DNA of 64,000 nt from positions 10,778,213-10,842,212 of the forward strand of contig OZ234493.1 of the NCBI GenBank assembly GCA_965153455.1, read 5' to 3'. Shown piece by piece: positions 1-13,260 of this stretch. Position numbers and translations under genes: made by a program. Under the pieces are notes generated by a model. That model was not told the origin of the DNA. It saw only the letters and a program-made list of their open reading frames with translations, and made no database searches. Each line of letters starts with the position of its first letter. Within the stretch, counting starts at the first letter, position 1. This stretch comes from Sphagnum compactum. Lineage: Eukaryota.

Positions 1-3000
1 TTAAAATGACACAAGAATATGTATTATTATTTTTATATAAATGACATGTCTTTTCTACTTATGATGTCTTGATGTGAAATGTTCACATTTGCATTTTAAT
101 TAAATTCATGCAATTATTGTGATGCAATTTTGCATAAAATTATGTGATTTTTGTGTAATAAACATGAACATTCACATATGTCATTCAAAAACAATGTTTC
201 ATCCATTTCATGAATATTTAAAGTAATGAATGTGTACAAATATTGCTCATATTAACCATAACATGGAATTTATGTATTTTTTTGTACAAACCTATGAAAA
301 TCAAATTTCACATTAAATTTGCATGAACTTATGACACTTGATAAGTTTGTGATGAATCCAAAAAAATTCAATCCAAACATCACAAACTTTGACCGTATCA
401 AGATTTGATAATGGAAACTATTTATTCTTTTTGTTCCAATTTGCTACAACACAAAATTCAGTGTCACAATTCTAGGTGGAGGTAATTCAAATAGAACATT
501 GGTGTTGATAATTGTATTCTTAAACATTCAACAAAAAAACATGTTTCCTTCCAATAGAGATTGGAAAGATTTGATTGGTATATTATGTTTAATAACAATT
601 TTAAGATATCACAATTTTGAATGGTGCATGTGGTGAAACTTATTTTCTAGTAAAACAAGTTGAACATCCATTATTTCAACATCAATAACCTTAAGTTCTA
701 AGTATATGAAGTTGACTTGCATTCCCCCACATGCAAATCAATTTCATATATTTTCCAAGGGGGCACTTTGTTGGCAAGATATTATGAAATGCGGGCCTTG
801 TTTTTTATGGTTGGCCTTCCTATGAAAAAATAGTGGAAAATCAAGCCATACTTGGGTGTATTTCCTTTGGTCTTCGATGCCCTATATGCATAAGACCCAT
901 GGTACATAAGAAATAAAAATAATATCTTCATATGTGCTTCAAACTTCTCTACATTTGGGATTCAATTCAACATGTGAATAAACTGCAATAAAACTCAATA
1001 ATAAGATTATAAATCTTACCTAAAATAAAATATGTAAAAAATAAAATAAAATCTTGAGACACAAAATTCTTATGCAAATTGAAGACTCCTGAAACAAGTT
1101 CTAAACTCCTTAAGTTCCTTTTCTCCAGTATAGTGTACAAAGCTTGAGCATTAGATACTTGAATTTTCACATTACAAATCAACATCTAAACTACCTCTAC
1201 ATTTTTATCAGGATTATAAATTTACACAACTAAATGCAAAATAAAAAATCAAAGATAAAAACTTTAAGACCTAAACAATTTGTTTTCAACCTAATTTTTG
1301 TTTAGTTGATGCACATGATATTTTTAAGGTTGGTAAGACTCCTAGCATAAGAAATGAGACAGGCATTGATGGTTTCACCAATCAACACAATTAAGATTGA
1401 GGCCAGATTTCGCATTTTTGAGACCAGGTAGGAATGCAATAATTGTGGTACTCTATTAGTGCTATTGCTCTTTGTGCAATTAGGTTAATGTTTATCAAAT
1501 CAACTAATGATATATCTTGGGTTAAACACATAATGCATACACAGACTCATGTCACTTAAACTCTTAGCCCACTTTAGAGGAGTGTCCAGGGCCCAATCTC
1601 CTAGGAACCAATTTGGACTCATTTGAACCAAATTGAATACTTGAGTTGGACTGTACCTTGGTCCCTAGCCTGATTCTTGGTTCTCCAAATCAAGAGCTCA
1701 CCTTTTAGCACTGTTTTTTAGTCCCAACCAATTGATTTTCCCTCCAAAACAGGTGTCGTGTAGGTTTAACCTCAATTTGCCAGTTTTCGGTCTTGGACCC
1801 TCGTTTAAAACTTTGGTACCAATTTAAAGCTTTTTACCCATAAGATTGCTTGAATTCATTGGTCCCAGGACCTTGGACCCTTGTCTAAAGTCGCCCTTAG
1901 GTTCAATAGAGAAATCCGTAAAATAAGAAAAACACAGGACCAGAACCCTGAGTTTGGTCATACACAGGATGAGATTTTTAAAAAACCTGAAAAAAAACGT
2001 ACATTAGCATTCAATGGGGGATGAAACTCAAAAAACCATCAATTTTGGTGGTAAACTGAGTTTCATCCTATCTCTCCTTTTTCCTGAGCGCTTCCACTGT
2101 TGCTACATATATTTTCACTGATCCTAACTGTACAACTACTCTAATTAGTCTCGAACCTTGTGCATTAATGAATGTTGAGTACCAGCATTCCATACTGAGA
2201 TTTATTGAAATGTCTTTACTTTGTGGATACCACTGAAAGAGGGGACAGGGGGTGAAAGGAGGCCCAAAGACATGGTGAAGACATGGTTATTTTATGGATA
2301 ACTCTAATGTAAAATAGAAAATCCACCATGAGAAAACCCAAACCTTTCATTGCTAAGAAGAATCCTACCCATATTTAAGGCCTTTACAACTTCTATAATT
2401 GCATCACAAGCTTGTCTTCATTATTAGTGGTTTCAAAATGTTCTTCGAGTGAATCACTTGTGAGACCTTTTTTGTCCTTCACAAATTCAACTATTACTTT
2501 AACATGCAGATGTAGCTTTGTCATTCATAGAAAATTTTCATTATATTTCTGGAAAATACCCTGAATTCCATTACGTCACAACCACTAAGCAACAATGAGA
2601 AAATTTAAGACTTTCAATTTAAAGAAATTTATGCCAACGAATCACCATGGTCCACTTTTATTGTCCCTTGCAAACTTAACTTATGTCTTCTCTAACATAG
2701 ATATATTCACAAATTTCTAAAAAAATTCATAATTTCATTTAAGGTTTTCTAATTTAACTAGCGATTTGAATTATGTTGATTGTAAAATTTTAAGCCTATA
2801 CTTTACATTTTATTACTGAGTTAATTGCCATAAACCATCTTACAATTAAACCAACCTCAATTTGGTTTGTCAAATTTTGACCGCAATGTACGATCCCCAA
2901 GGGGTGAAAAGTATTAAGTTGACTGTTGTAGGAAAACAATTACCATATATTTATATAAAGTCATGTGGTGGGCATAATTTACAGTTTTTCATTACACATG

Positions 3001-3249
3001 TAATTACATAGTTTATGCCAATTTCCCATAAATTATTTTGAATTGAATGTAAAAACACAATATAAAAAAAATTGAATCATCAATCATTTAAAAATTTTAT
3101 TCTCTTAAATTTTCTTTGAAAATCCTACTACTTGATATTTATCCCCTTTTTACTCAAATACATTTTCAAAATTAAAAATGAAATTTTAATTTGAAAATCT
3201 CATTATGAAGGAAGGTAATTTGTTTGTTCTATCATGTCAAAACCACAAA

Positions 3250-4800
3250 GGCCTAGGTTGTGCTCTTGGTATCATTGGAAAGCTTTGGATGCATAAGGGT
3301 GCACCAAGTTGATTTAATAATGTTATTGAAATTTGAGTATTATTTCATTGAAAATTTAATGAAAAATCTAAATTTAAAATAAATTTGGCATGTGTTCTAA
3401 TATTAGCTGAAAAGCATTTGATGAATGGGCAGAAATGGGATAATAAGAGCCACCCGTGCTAATGTGACTTTAATGTGACATATTAGTTTTGACTATTTAA
3501 AAATCAACGGGAATGTTTTGCTAAGATAATGTGGTCAACTACAATTAATTACAAAATGTAATGGGTTAGAAACCGAAGATTTTTAGGATGATCATAAATA
3601 TTCATTTTTTCACAAGATATTATATTATTATGTAAAGGTACATTATACATGATTATATCATTTTGATGACATTTCAAGTTTCTTAAAAAAATGAAAAAAC
3701 AACAAAAGCACTAATTAAAATGTTTTATGCATTTAAAAAATATTTTATATTCATTATATTCTATCCAAATTATTTCACATGTTTTCATAATTAAAAAAAA
3801 ATTATTACGTAAAAACATTTCAAAATTTTGGATTTTAATGTTAAAACATGAAAAGTAAAACATTGATTACATTTGTTATGGCTCTTGTTAATGTGGTTGC
3901 ACCTAAGTGTGAGGTGCACAAAAGTGATTTTCATAATTTTTGAACTTATGGTGTGATTTTTTTGAATTTTGAATAATATTAAAATACGATATCTGCTCAA
4001 TGGCATAGGCCACACTAGAATAGAAATTAGTGTGGTTACATTATTGACCCAAGTATGAATTCTAAGAAAATTGTTTTGATTTGTTTTGAATTTTCAATGA
4101 CAAATATTATTTAAAATTCAATACCTCCCACACCTTAGGTTTAAAATTATGAAGTCCCGACATAAAATCCTACTCATTAGTAAAATTCCAACAATACCAA
4201 AAGTGCACCCCAATTTCTAAAATGTTTAGTTTTGATTTTATTGAAATTTCAACGACAAAATCATTCAACATTGAATAAATCATGCATTGTAGGTTTAAAC
4301 GTTTCATAATTTGCTAAGTGCACCTTTATTTGTCAAGGGTTTTCCAATGATACCAAGAGCATCAAGAGGTGAGTGGGGGAGGGGGAACAATGATGTGTGA
4401 GATTTCAACATGACAACATGTGAAATCTTAACAACCCACAAGCCACATTTTTAGTCTATCTATGAAGGCGGGTTGTTTGTTTGTTTGTTTTGTTTGTCAC
4501 ATTGACATCTCTCAAACCATGACGCCCTTGTCATGCTCTTGATATTGTTGAAAAGCCCTTGATGAATAAGGGTGCAATGAGCTGGGTTTCGTAATGTTTA
4601 CACTTATGATGCAAGTGAGAGTTCATGAATATTGAACAATTTTGTGAAAGAATATTCAACAAAATTAATTTTTAATATTAAAAAAAATTGGGGCAAGCTC
4701 TTGTGGAAAGCCCCTTATGAGTGGATTTTTATTAGGCGATTTCACAATTTTTGAACCTAAGGTGAGGAAGATATTGAATTTTGAGTATTTTTATTATTGG
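3250..4800. repeat. Decayed dispersed repeat / non-autonomous TE relics with direct and inverted copies
   Basis: The motif tgctcttggtatcattggaaagc...agggtgcac (~3260-3304) recurs inverted at ~4318-4361 and direct at ~4534-4577. AT-rich, no real ORF. Confidence 0.5.
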
Positions 4801-5325
4801 AAATTAATTTTAATTTTAATATATATTTTTCTCAATTAATCTCTATCATGAAGTCCTGTTCACAGATTCACACTAGGGCCAGTGGCACAGGCTACACTAG
4901 TAAAGATGAAGTATTAACCAGAGCCCAAATAAAAACTGGGGAGAAGGTTGCACAGAACCCAGTGTGAACGGGGTCAAAACAATCCCTAGGTTTTCTGGTT
5001 TTAGGGTTTGGAGTTTGGAGCACCCATTCGCAATTCCAGATGCATTAGGGTTCGAAGAAGAAGGAAAGTTGTCGCAATTTGCACTTGCAAGCATTTGGAT
5101 CTGAGGAGGGAGAAGCTCGTGCTACGAAGCCTCTGCTGCATTAGGATCTAGAGGCACGCGGATAACTTTTTCAAGCCTGTGGTGGATCGAAGAAGAAGGA
5201 GCGCATTCTGTAAGCTTTTTGTGGATGTGGCAGCAGAGTTTGGAAATAGAGCCGGGCACTTGTGCGATCCGTTGAAGACCACGAAGAGGAGGACGAAATT
5301 GGTGAGGTTGTGTTGTTGCTGAGCT

Positions 5326-6464
5326 ATGGATGGTTTGTATGGCGAGGATGCAACAAGCAAGGGGGGAGAGGGGGTGACGAATCCATTGGTAGTATGGAGA
5401 GATAACTTGGGTCGGAAGTTGCAGCATTTTCTAGACAAGTCGACACCGCATCCTGTAGCCCGCTGGATTGCATCGTTTGTGGTGGCTGCCATTTACTGTT
5501 TGCGGGCTTATTACATCGAAGGCTTTTATATTGTCACTTATGGTCTGGGGATATATTTGCTGAACCTGCTCATAGGGTTTTTGTCTCCACAAGTCGATCC
5601 AGAGAGTGAAGGCCCTGGCCTGCCATCCAAGGAAACTGACGAGTTCAAGCCGTTCATTCGTAGGCTTCCGGAGTTCAAGTTTTGGTACGTGGCTGGTTTC
5701 TGCCAAAAAATTTGATGTCTCCTAATTGGCCCTTCTGCATCAACATGTATTCCCTATTCGTATTGCGGTTCTTTCCACACATGAAATCCTATTTATTTCT
5801 ACCGAGGATAACACAGATTGAGGGCAGCTGCTCCAACTCAGTACCTCTTCTTGTTTGATTCACCATGTCCAGGGTTTTGGCAGATTGTGGCCTGTTCTCT
5901 GCTCTCATGTTTTGGACATTCTTGACCAAAACCAGCTTGTGCTTTGCTTGCATATAAATGCTAAATCCATGCTGTTATTATGTATTTTGGCTGTGCAGGT
6001 ATGCACTGACAAAGGCATTTTTGGTGGCTTTTTCACTTACCTTTTTTGGCATATTTGATGTGCCAGTGTTTTGGCCCATTCTTTTGCTCTACTGGCTTGT
6101 ACTATTTGTGCTCACAATGAAGCGACAAATTAGGCATATGATTAAGTACCGTTATGTTCCATTCACTGTGGGCAAGCAGGTATGCATTTCACTCTAGGTA
6201 AGGCGCTTCATGTATTTTGAAGTTGTGCAGTTTTGGGGCAAAGCTATATGGCCATCTTGGTGAGAGGAAAGACTGGTGAGACAAAGAGAGTTAGCAAGGT
6301 TTATTTTTTGTGCATCAATGTCAACAACTACTGTTCTTGTGCCATCAATGGGCTACACATAAATGTGGTGGAGAATGGTGATTGGGATGGGTTCTTGGTG
6401 AGTGCAGCGATACACAGGGAAGAGGCAGGCTTCTTCTGACAAGGCAAGAACTTCTAAAGACTAG
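5326..6464 (+). CDS. RER1: Protein RER1 (retrieval of ER membrane proteins), 3 exons: 5326-5684, 5999-6179, 6408-6464 (~198 aa)
   Basis: Rer1 motifs [74 protein letters not shown] introns give a continuous frame ending [18 protein letters not shown]. Confidence 0.95.
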
Positions 6465-8287
6465 TTGGGTTATCACACGCATAGAGACTCTCCTTTAGGT
6501 TTTGGACATTCTAGTGAGACTGTTTGGGGAGATGTAAGGTGGGAAAGTGGATAATCAGGTTCCTTTCTTTCTCTCCTCTGTAAATGCTTGTTCTGTTGTC
6601 TAGGTCTTTCTCTTGGGGGCTATCTCATTTTTTTGCTTCTTTTTTAGGGGGTTTTGCAGCAGTTGGACACTCATTGGTGGTTGCTTAGCTCTGAATTTCT
6701 CTGCCATTCTCAACTGGTTTATAATTTTTGAATTAGTCTAAAATGCCAAACAGTAGGTTTTGGATTCACTGGATAGATCAGATAGGGTACTTGGCAAAGA
6801 CAAGGGCAGTGGATTCCAAGTTTGGTACATGCTGGTTCAGATGAGAAGAGTTATGTCATTTGAGGGTCTTACTTTGTAACTATAATGGTTTGAAACACAA
6901 TTCTTTCATCCTACTTTGTGTCATTCTATCTTTAAAGGAATGTACTGTCAAGTTCAGTTGGAGTCTTAGCATGAGATCTGTTGTTGGGTTCTGTGTTTGG
7001 CTTTCCTTCCCTGTTACTGCAATTTGTCATCACCACATGAATTTCGGGGGAATGTGAAAGTCATACTGGGCCCTGAGGTGGTTCTTGAAGTCTTGTGATA
7101 GTTGGCCACAGATTAGACATTATGATTTACTCCTGTCATCCATCTTATTGAATTTTCCTTTCCTTATCAAGTCAACAGGTTATTGTTTAAGAAACCCATG
7201 AACCTTGCATTCACTTCTTTCCTCCCTTGTATCTCATGTGGCTGCTTCCCAAATACAGTCAATCAACCCAAATTTGCTAGTTTTTTTCCCATACAAATGC
7301 AAATGGAGGGTATTTTTTTGAGCAGCATTATTCAGTTGTCAGCCATCTTAGCACCCACTGAATTTCAGCTATATCATATTGCCTTCCTTTTGATGGACAG
7401 AGTGATGTACATGATGAAGCCTAGTATTAAAACCTCTTCTACTATTTTTGACTTGAGATATCTGATTTCTTGAACCAGGTCATGCACAACTTGTCTGGAG
7501 AGTTGATGGATGCAGCAGTGAGCCTACTACAGCCTGTTTCCAGCAGCAGCGAGGATACTGAAATCACAGTTGACTCACAACCTGTTCCACTAACACAAGT
7601 TTGATATTTAGAGATAGTTGCATATTGAAAGCCCACCAACAAACTAATTGATCAACCATTGATTGTCAGAACACTTTGCCTCTTCTGTTTCTTATAACTA
7701 GTTTGGAGCTGCTGTGTTGCAGAAATGAAGCTATGCTGAACACTTCTTCCAGAAATTTTTCTTCCCAGCTGAGAGCACAAAGATAGTCCTGTTGTTGATG
7801 GATTGTAAAAGGGAGCTGTCCATGTTTCTCCTCAGCCTCTGCCATCTGTACAATAAAGTAGAGACTACCCTCTGAAGTTCAATTTCTAGCATACGTGTGT
7901 GGTTCTATTCCAAGTGCACAGCAAGTGTACATAAGAGTTCTCAGTAATAATTTTGAGCAGTGGATGAGCAACACAGATACCAGTGATTATCCTTGTACAG
8001 TGTTTATTGGTTTGTATTCCTTTACAGTCCTTTGTAGTTCCCCTCTAGTTCCCAACAATCACCCTATGTACAAAAGCATTGCATTGACCTAAACCTTGCA
8101 GGAAACACATCATACTTCACTTTTGGCTACACATCATGACCCCGGTGCAGGAGGGCAGTGCAATTTGAGGGTGTCTTAAACAGTGCAATTTCCCACTCCA
8201 GACTGGAGTAGGGATCTTATGTGTAAGCGCCCTAGGGTGGGGGTGTAAGGTGATCTGCAGTGTCGTTAGTGCCTCAGTTGTTATGCA

Positions 8288-8377
8288 GGGGAGGCACCCG
8301 TCAGTGCCTTCTGCCCTGGACTTTGGGCTCCACCCTCAGTTCATGGGCAGGAAGGCACTGACAGCAGTGCTTTCCCC
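8288..8377. repeat. Imperfect hairpin (MITE-like/foldback)
   Basis: gtcagtgccttctgccctggact pairs with agttcatgggcaggaaggcactgac; outer ggggaggcac pairs with gtgctttcccc. Loop tttgggctccaccctcag resembles the loop at 26621-26642. Confidence 0.7.
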
Positions 8378-8821
8378 TTATACATTGAACCTTGACTATT
8401 ACAGTAGGAATAGTTGTTAGGCTTGAGGGGATTTTTTGAAATGTGAATGTGACACCAAGAGGTAGGTGCTCCTGTGCTGCATGATTTTACATGTGTTATT
8501 ATTAGCAATTTGCTAGATAATTTATTGGGATTCCTATTGTTCTTGGTGTGTTTTTTAGCACCACAGTTTGTCTTGCGTTATTTGGATCGGAAATCTGTGG
8601 GCAGGTAGGTCGCAACACCTAGGGTTAGGGTCAACACTCATTGCACAAGTGTCCACCAATACAATAGATCGATCGCCCAACAACAGAAATAAATTTCGGC
8701 AGTTGATGCTTTGCAATCCTCCCAGGAGGAGGAACTTCTTACTCCGCAAGATCATGGTCGCACGTACAGATTAAAAATTACATAATTGGAGCTACCTGAT
8801 TTAATATTTTTTTTCCCACAG

Positions 8822-8935
8822 GGTGTCAGTAAGGGTGTAGTTGTGGAAGAGCTGCTGGCAATGATGGCTTTGAAGAGTGCCTCCCTTGACTTTGTGCTGT
8901 GTGCTTGGATGAAGACACGTTTGAGGCTATAGCAG
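8822..8935 (+). pseudogene. Fragment of the last exon of a class II trehalose-6-phosphate synthase/phosphatase (TPS)
   Basis: After acceptor ttttttcccacag it reads GVSKGVVVEELLAMMALKSASLDFVLCV, then DEDTFEAI after a frameshift. This matches the TPS (Q)GVSKG...DFVLCxGDDRSDEDMFE motif with GDDRS deleted. Confidence 0.8.
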
Positions 8936-9230
8936 TAGGGATGAGTGCTGGGCCTCCGAAATACGTGTCGGAACCTAGCTGACATATCCGTGGCAGGGTT
9001 TCAAGAAGGCAAGGAAACACCTTTCTGGAGGCTTTGAAAGTGAGAAGGAGTATAAACCCTTCGGGCAGGGATGGAAAGCTGCCTTTCGAAGGTGTTGGGA
9101 GGCTGCGAGTTGTAGCCATTTCAGTAGCTGCTGAGGAGAAGCTGAACCGCCTGGGTTGCGAGTATGAGATTCTTCCCAGTTTTCAGTTTTTCTCACCGTC
9201 AGGCTGGAATTTGAAGGAGGCAAAATAGTT
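8927..9230 (+). pseudogene. Fragment of nuclear-encoded plastid ribosomal protein L15 (uL15c), frameshifted
   Basis: Pieces AIAVGMSAGPPKYV / NLADISVAGFQEGKE / LEALKVRRSINPSGRDGKLP / AISVAAEEKLNRLGCEYEILP parallel plant RPL15 (GIAGGMxxGLPKYVPVN...AGFQEG...INPSGRERKLP...AKEKLEAxGC...LP), recalled from memory. Confidence 0.8.
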
Positions 9231-11600
9231 GTAGGCGATTTTCAGGAATTTCAAGCTAAAGAATGGGATCTGGTCGCCAACTTACATTTTGATGGATGGC
9301 GTTGTTTTTGTGATGTTGTTTGAAGAAAGAGTGACAGATTTTCTGAGGGTGAGAAGTGGCATTAGCCATCGTTGTGGTGAGGTTGGGCATTTTTCTCAGG
9401 TGCGTCTTTTCCTCTCTTGAACCCTAAAAATGGAAATTATCGTTGATTGTTCTTTCCAGAAGGCCTAGATACATTTTTTTAAGGGGGTTAATGCTGCCAT
9501 TGGAATTTTGCACAATTACAGTAATGATGAAACATATCCAGTGCCTCCCCAAGACAGGTTAATTAGTATATGGGTGCAGGGCATGTTATGAATTTGGTGT
9601 ACTTTGGACATTTGGTGTGGTCAATGGGATTTCCTTTCTGGCTTTCTTGATGTGATGACAGTCTTCAAAGCATTGTAGTCCTACACATCTTCTCCAGCAA
9701 ATCCATCGAGAAAGTCAGTGTGTGATCTTCTGAATACTGTCCTCTCTTTTCGAGCTATGGGTTCTTGTAATATTGTGGATTTTGAGTAGGTAGTTAGAAG
9801 GCCAATAATAGTCGGGGAAAAGAAATTTAAAGCATGGTGGTAGTAAAGTTGAACAATGTGGTTGAGAGTAATGTGAGTACTCTTGACTTTGTGCTACTTG
9901 CAACAAAACCTTTGAGATGAGTATGGTGTTGGGGCCATGGAACCTAGGGACAGAAATTGAGTATGGAGAAAGTCTTTATGAAAGTGGTCTATCTACAGAA
10001 AAGTATCATTGGTTTTGAAGATTGTAAATAAGGTATATTGCCGTGTGCTGGTGATACTAGAAATCAATATAGTGAACTAGGTTGTTTGATTTGTGCAAAC
10101 CCAGGGGTCAGAGCATGTCACAAACTATGCCATGTTTAATTCTTTGCACTGTTTTATTTTTTTGCCATTTTAGAGTGGTTCTGGATCTGCACTCAAGTCA
10201 GCTCTGCTATTGCCTTGTTATAAGTATTGGTGCAAAGGTCATGTGTCTGCACTGTTGCCAATGTGATACCTTCTAATGCCCAGCTGCCATATATGGTCAG
10301 AGGTTGACAAAGGAGGAGTTTTTTGCTCTAATGATCTGATGTGTGTGAAGAACTTGAGGAGAAATTGGACCTTTCTCAATTACAGTTTTTCAAGTGTGTT
10401 CAGGTCACAAATTGTGCGTGGTTTTGGCCAGAGGATATGGAAGACAAAAAAACCTTCAAAGAGTCTGGTGCTCTTCTCCAATGGAAGTGTTAAGAAAGAA
10501 TGTACGACTATGAATTGCACAACAGGGAAGATTTGTAGTTGGGGACCTATCAAACAATTTGATGATTGTGAAAGGTCTAGCCTTACATTTGTGCTTTCAG
10601 GGTTTCCTCGTGGTTGTAGTCTATCAGTCTTGTGGAGCTGCTGCTAGGAAAGGTGACCTTCAGCTGCACAGTTGCAATGATTGTCACAAAGGGTTTGTGC
10701 TGCATTATATGGCCAGAGAAGTCAATGTTATTATGCATTAGTTGTAGGATGGAGTGCTGGGATGAAAATTGGAGGGAAACCTGATCCAAGCAAAGCATTA
10801 CCAGAATGTCTTGCTATATTTGAGCTTGTGATGATGATGTGCCACACTCCGTTGAAGACCCAACTAGTATTCGCATAAGTAATTTCTCCACATCATTCCT
10901 TAGTGATCATGCACTATACAGTGTCTCAGTCCTGCCACCTGAAAATTTCTCATTCAAAACACCACAAATGCCAGTCATTGGATATACCCCAGAGAGTAAT
11001 AAAAAAGTGCTACGAAAATCCAATCTCCCCTGAATCTAAAGTCTCAAGCACCCAAAGTGAACAAATTCAAGCAACAGAAACACTTGTAGGCAGCTCAACA
11101 TGCTAGAAGCATTTTTGCAGCACATGGGGCTGGCACCTGTAAATTCACATGCAACAATCTCTAGACTCACAATTGACCACTTTTTGGACTGTTGCTCAAG
11201 TAAAATTGTACATAAAAAACGTTGCAGCAGCAGCAGTCCCTTGTGTTTTCTGATGGATGATCATGATGATACAAGCTCTAAATTCCTACTACTTCCCTTT
11301 CCTTTTGCTACAAGCTTCGGAGCAACTAGGGAAAATGACAATGGGAGGAGACAACGGACTTCATGCAAACCGTGCAGAGAGAGTAGCCCAAATCAGTTCT
11401 TTCTGAGATGGTTCTCGATTGCAGGTGAAGAGAAATGAAATCTGCCGGCATTGCAAAACCCTAACAGCGGCAGCTCTCGGCGAAACCCTGGCAAAACGCG
11501 GAGACTTTTATTTCACTGGGAACAGAGAGAAAGCTTCACATTCTCTCCCTTGAAGAGTACGTCGGAGTTCTCTTGCGGATTGCTCCCTGGAAAAGAAGAA

Positions 11601-11858
11601 TTACCACCAGCCATAACGCACTTCCATGTACTTGGCTTTGAGCCACCTGCAACTGCTTCTCAGGGTGTGTTTCACCTTGCCTTCCACTGTGAATACCTTA
11701 TAGGTCGCAACACGCTTCTTTCGCTTCAGCTCCGGGTCGGCGTACACGCTCCAGGAGGAATGCGAGTTTTTCCCTTGTACCTGTCCCTTCCATGTGTAGG
11801 ACGACTCCGGACTTGTGCCTGGATGCTGCTGACTATGTCGTCGTTGTTGTACCGCCAT
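11601..11858 (-). CDS. DUF3511-domain small basic plant protein (85 aa)
   Basis: Single ORF with DPELKRKKRVATYKVFTVEGKVKHTLRSSCRWLK...YGWW, the characteristic DUF3511 signature. Confidence 0.9.
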   Translation of the reverse strand: MAVQQRRHSQQHPGTSPESSYTWKGQVQGKNSHSSWSVYADPELKRKKRVATYKVFTVEGKVKHTLRSSCRWLKAKYMEVRYGWW

Positions 11859-12904
11859 TCTGAAAAACCAAATCTCACTTGTGACGATGCTTTCTCGAGT
11901 GGTTCCGAGTGCTGCTGCTACTGTTGGAGATGCTCACAGAACATGTCTCTCGGAGTCTCCGGTTTCTTTCTCTCCTGGTGAAGATGCAGCGCTACAAGTT
12001 TCCTGCAGCTCACAAGAAGGTTTTTAGAGCACTGTTCTCCCTCTTCAAGACAGAGAGAAAAACAAGAGAGCCTAAGAAACTCTGACGTTCCACTCTCAAA
12101 CTTACAATGCTGAATCCGTGAAGTAGCAGCAGCGGCTCCCTCTTTAAGAGCTCGAAGCCGCGGTGATCTCCCAACTTCCACAAACAGGTGTGGAGATTGT
12201 CTATATATCTGTGCAATCAACAACAAACAAACAAACAAACAAACACCCGATCTTCTTTTCCGCCTGTTTTTTCTTCTTCCTCTTCAGTCCTAGGACCGCC
12301 TATCTTCAACAGAAAACGAGGGAAAAAACAAACAAACAACAACAACAAAATAACAGGCGGAAAAACAAAGCAAAAAAAAAATTCAACCTCCAAACCCTAC
12401 CCTCGCCCACATCCGCCGGGGATGGCGCAATGGGATAAAATACAGAAGGAAAAAAAAAAACTGCGAGCAAATAAAAACAGAACTAAAAACTTGAGCGACG
12501 AAAGAAGTGCAGGAAGAAAGTGGAGGGCGCGGGGGGCTCGGAGGTGATACGTGCAGGGGAGTAATGGCAAAGGATTTACTTCGTGAAGAGGACAGTGTAG
12601 GCCAGCTTTTTGTAGAGTACAGTTTTTGCTTTGTTTGGAAATTGCGCAAGTGCGCATCGCTGTAGAGATAGCAGCAGCGTCATTGCAGGAAGCGTCATGA
12701 ATAAATTGTGTGTGCAGGGAAGAGCGCAGCGTGTTGTTGGTGGACGAACGACGCGGTGAAGCGGGCAGACAGGAGGGACGAGAGCGAGCGAGCGAGCGAG
12801 CGGGCGGGAGAAGAGGCGACTGGCACGCCACAGCATTCATGGCATTACTCTGCAGCAAACCTAACCAAATCCCGACACTGTGACCAATGGCAGTGCACCA
12901 CAGT

Positions 12905-13260
12905 CAGGGATTTTTGTTTTGTAGCCGAATTGGGGTGATGATCCATAGGAAGATTATGTAGGGAGAAATGGGCGATCATCCTTAGGAAGCTTTAGCCAAA
13001 TATGGCTAAATTTTAAATATAAAACTTAAAATCTTTTCATCGTTTTTTTCTATTTTTTTGGCGACACACTTCTAAGCAAAATAATGATTTTTACTAATTT
13101 TTTCCCTCACTTCATATCATATCAAAGGGGTTTTAACTTTTGTTTTGTAGCCAAATTTTGGGGTGATTATCCATTGGAAGATGATGTAGGGAAAAGTGGG
13201 CAATCATCCTTAGGAAGATTTAGCCAAATATGGTTACAAATCAAATATAAACTAAAATCT
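12905..13260. repeat. Two diverged direct copies of a dispersed repeat
   Basis: ttttgttttgtagcc...ggggtgat...ggaagat...atcatccttaggaag..ttagccaaatatgg occurs at ~12912-13008 and ~13138-13236. A related tagccaaatctggcta occurs at ~27377. Confidence 0.6.

Noticed and set aside
8085-8260. Possible telomerase RNA or Pol III gene (cctaaacctt, tcccac USE-like motif)
   Set aside because: The template is imperfect and lies upstream of the putative USE, and there is no convincing TATA box or terminator.
8300-8322. Resemblance of the hairpin arm to miR408
   Set aside because: Several mismatches and indels versus the recalled mature sequence, it sits on the wrong arm, and the loop is shared with a TE-like hairpin at 26587.
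11100-12940. Many overlapping 60-176 aa ORFs around the DUF3511 gene and antisense to other genes
   Set aside because: Shadow or low-complexity ORFs over UTR, promoter and microsatellite sequence, with no recognisable domains.
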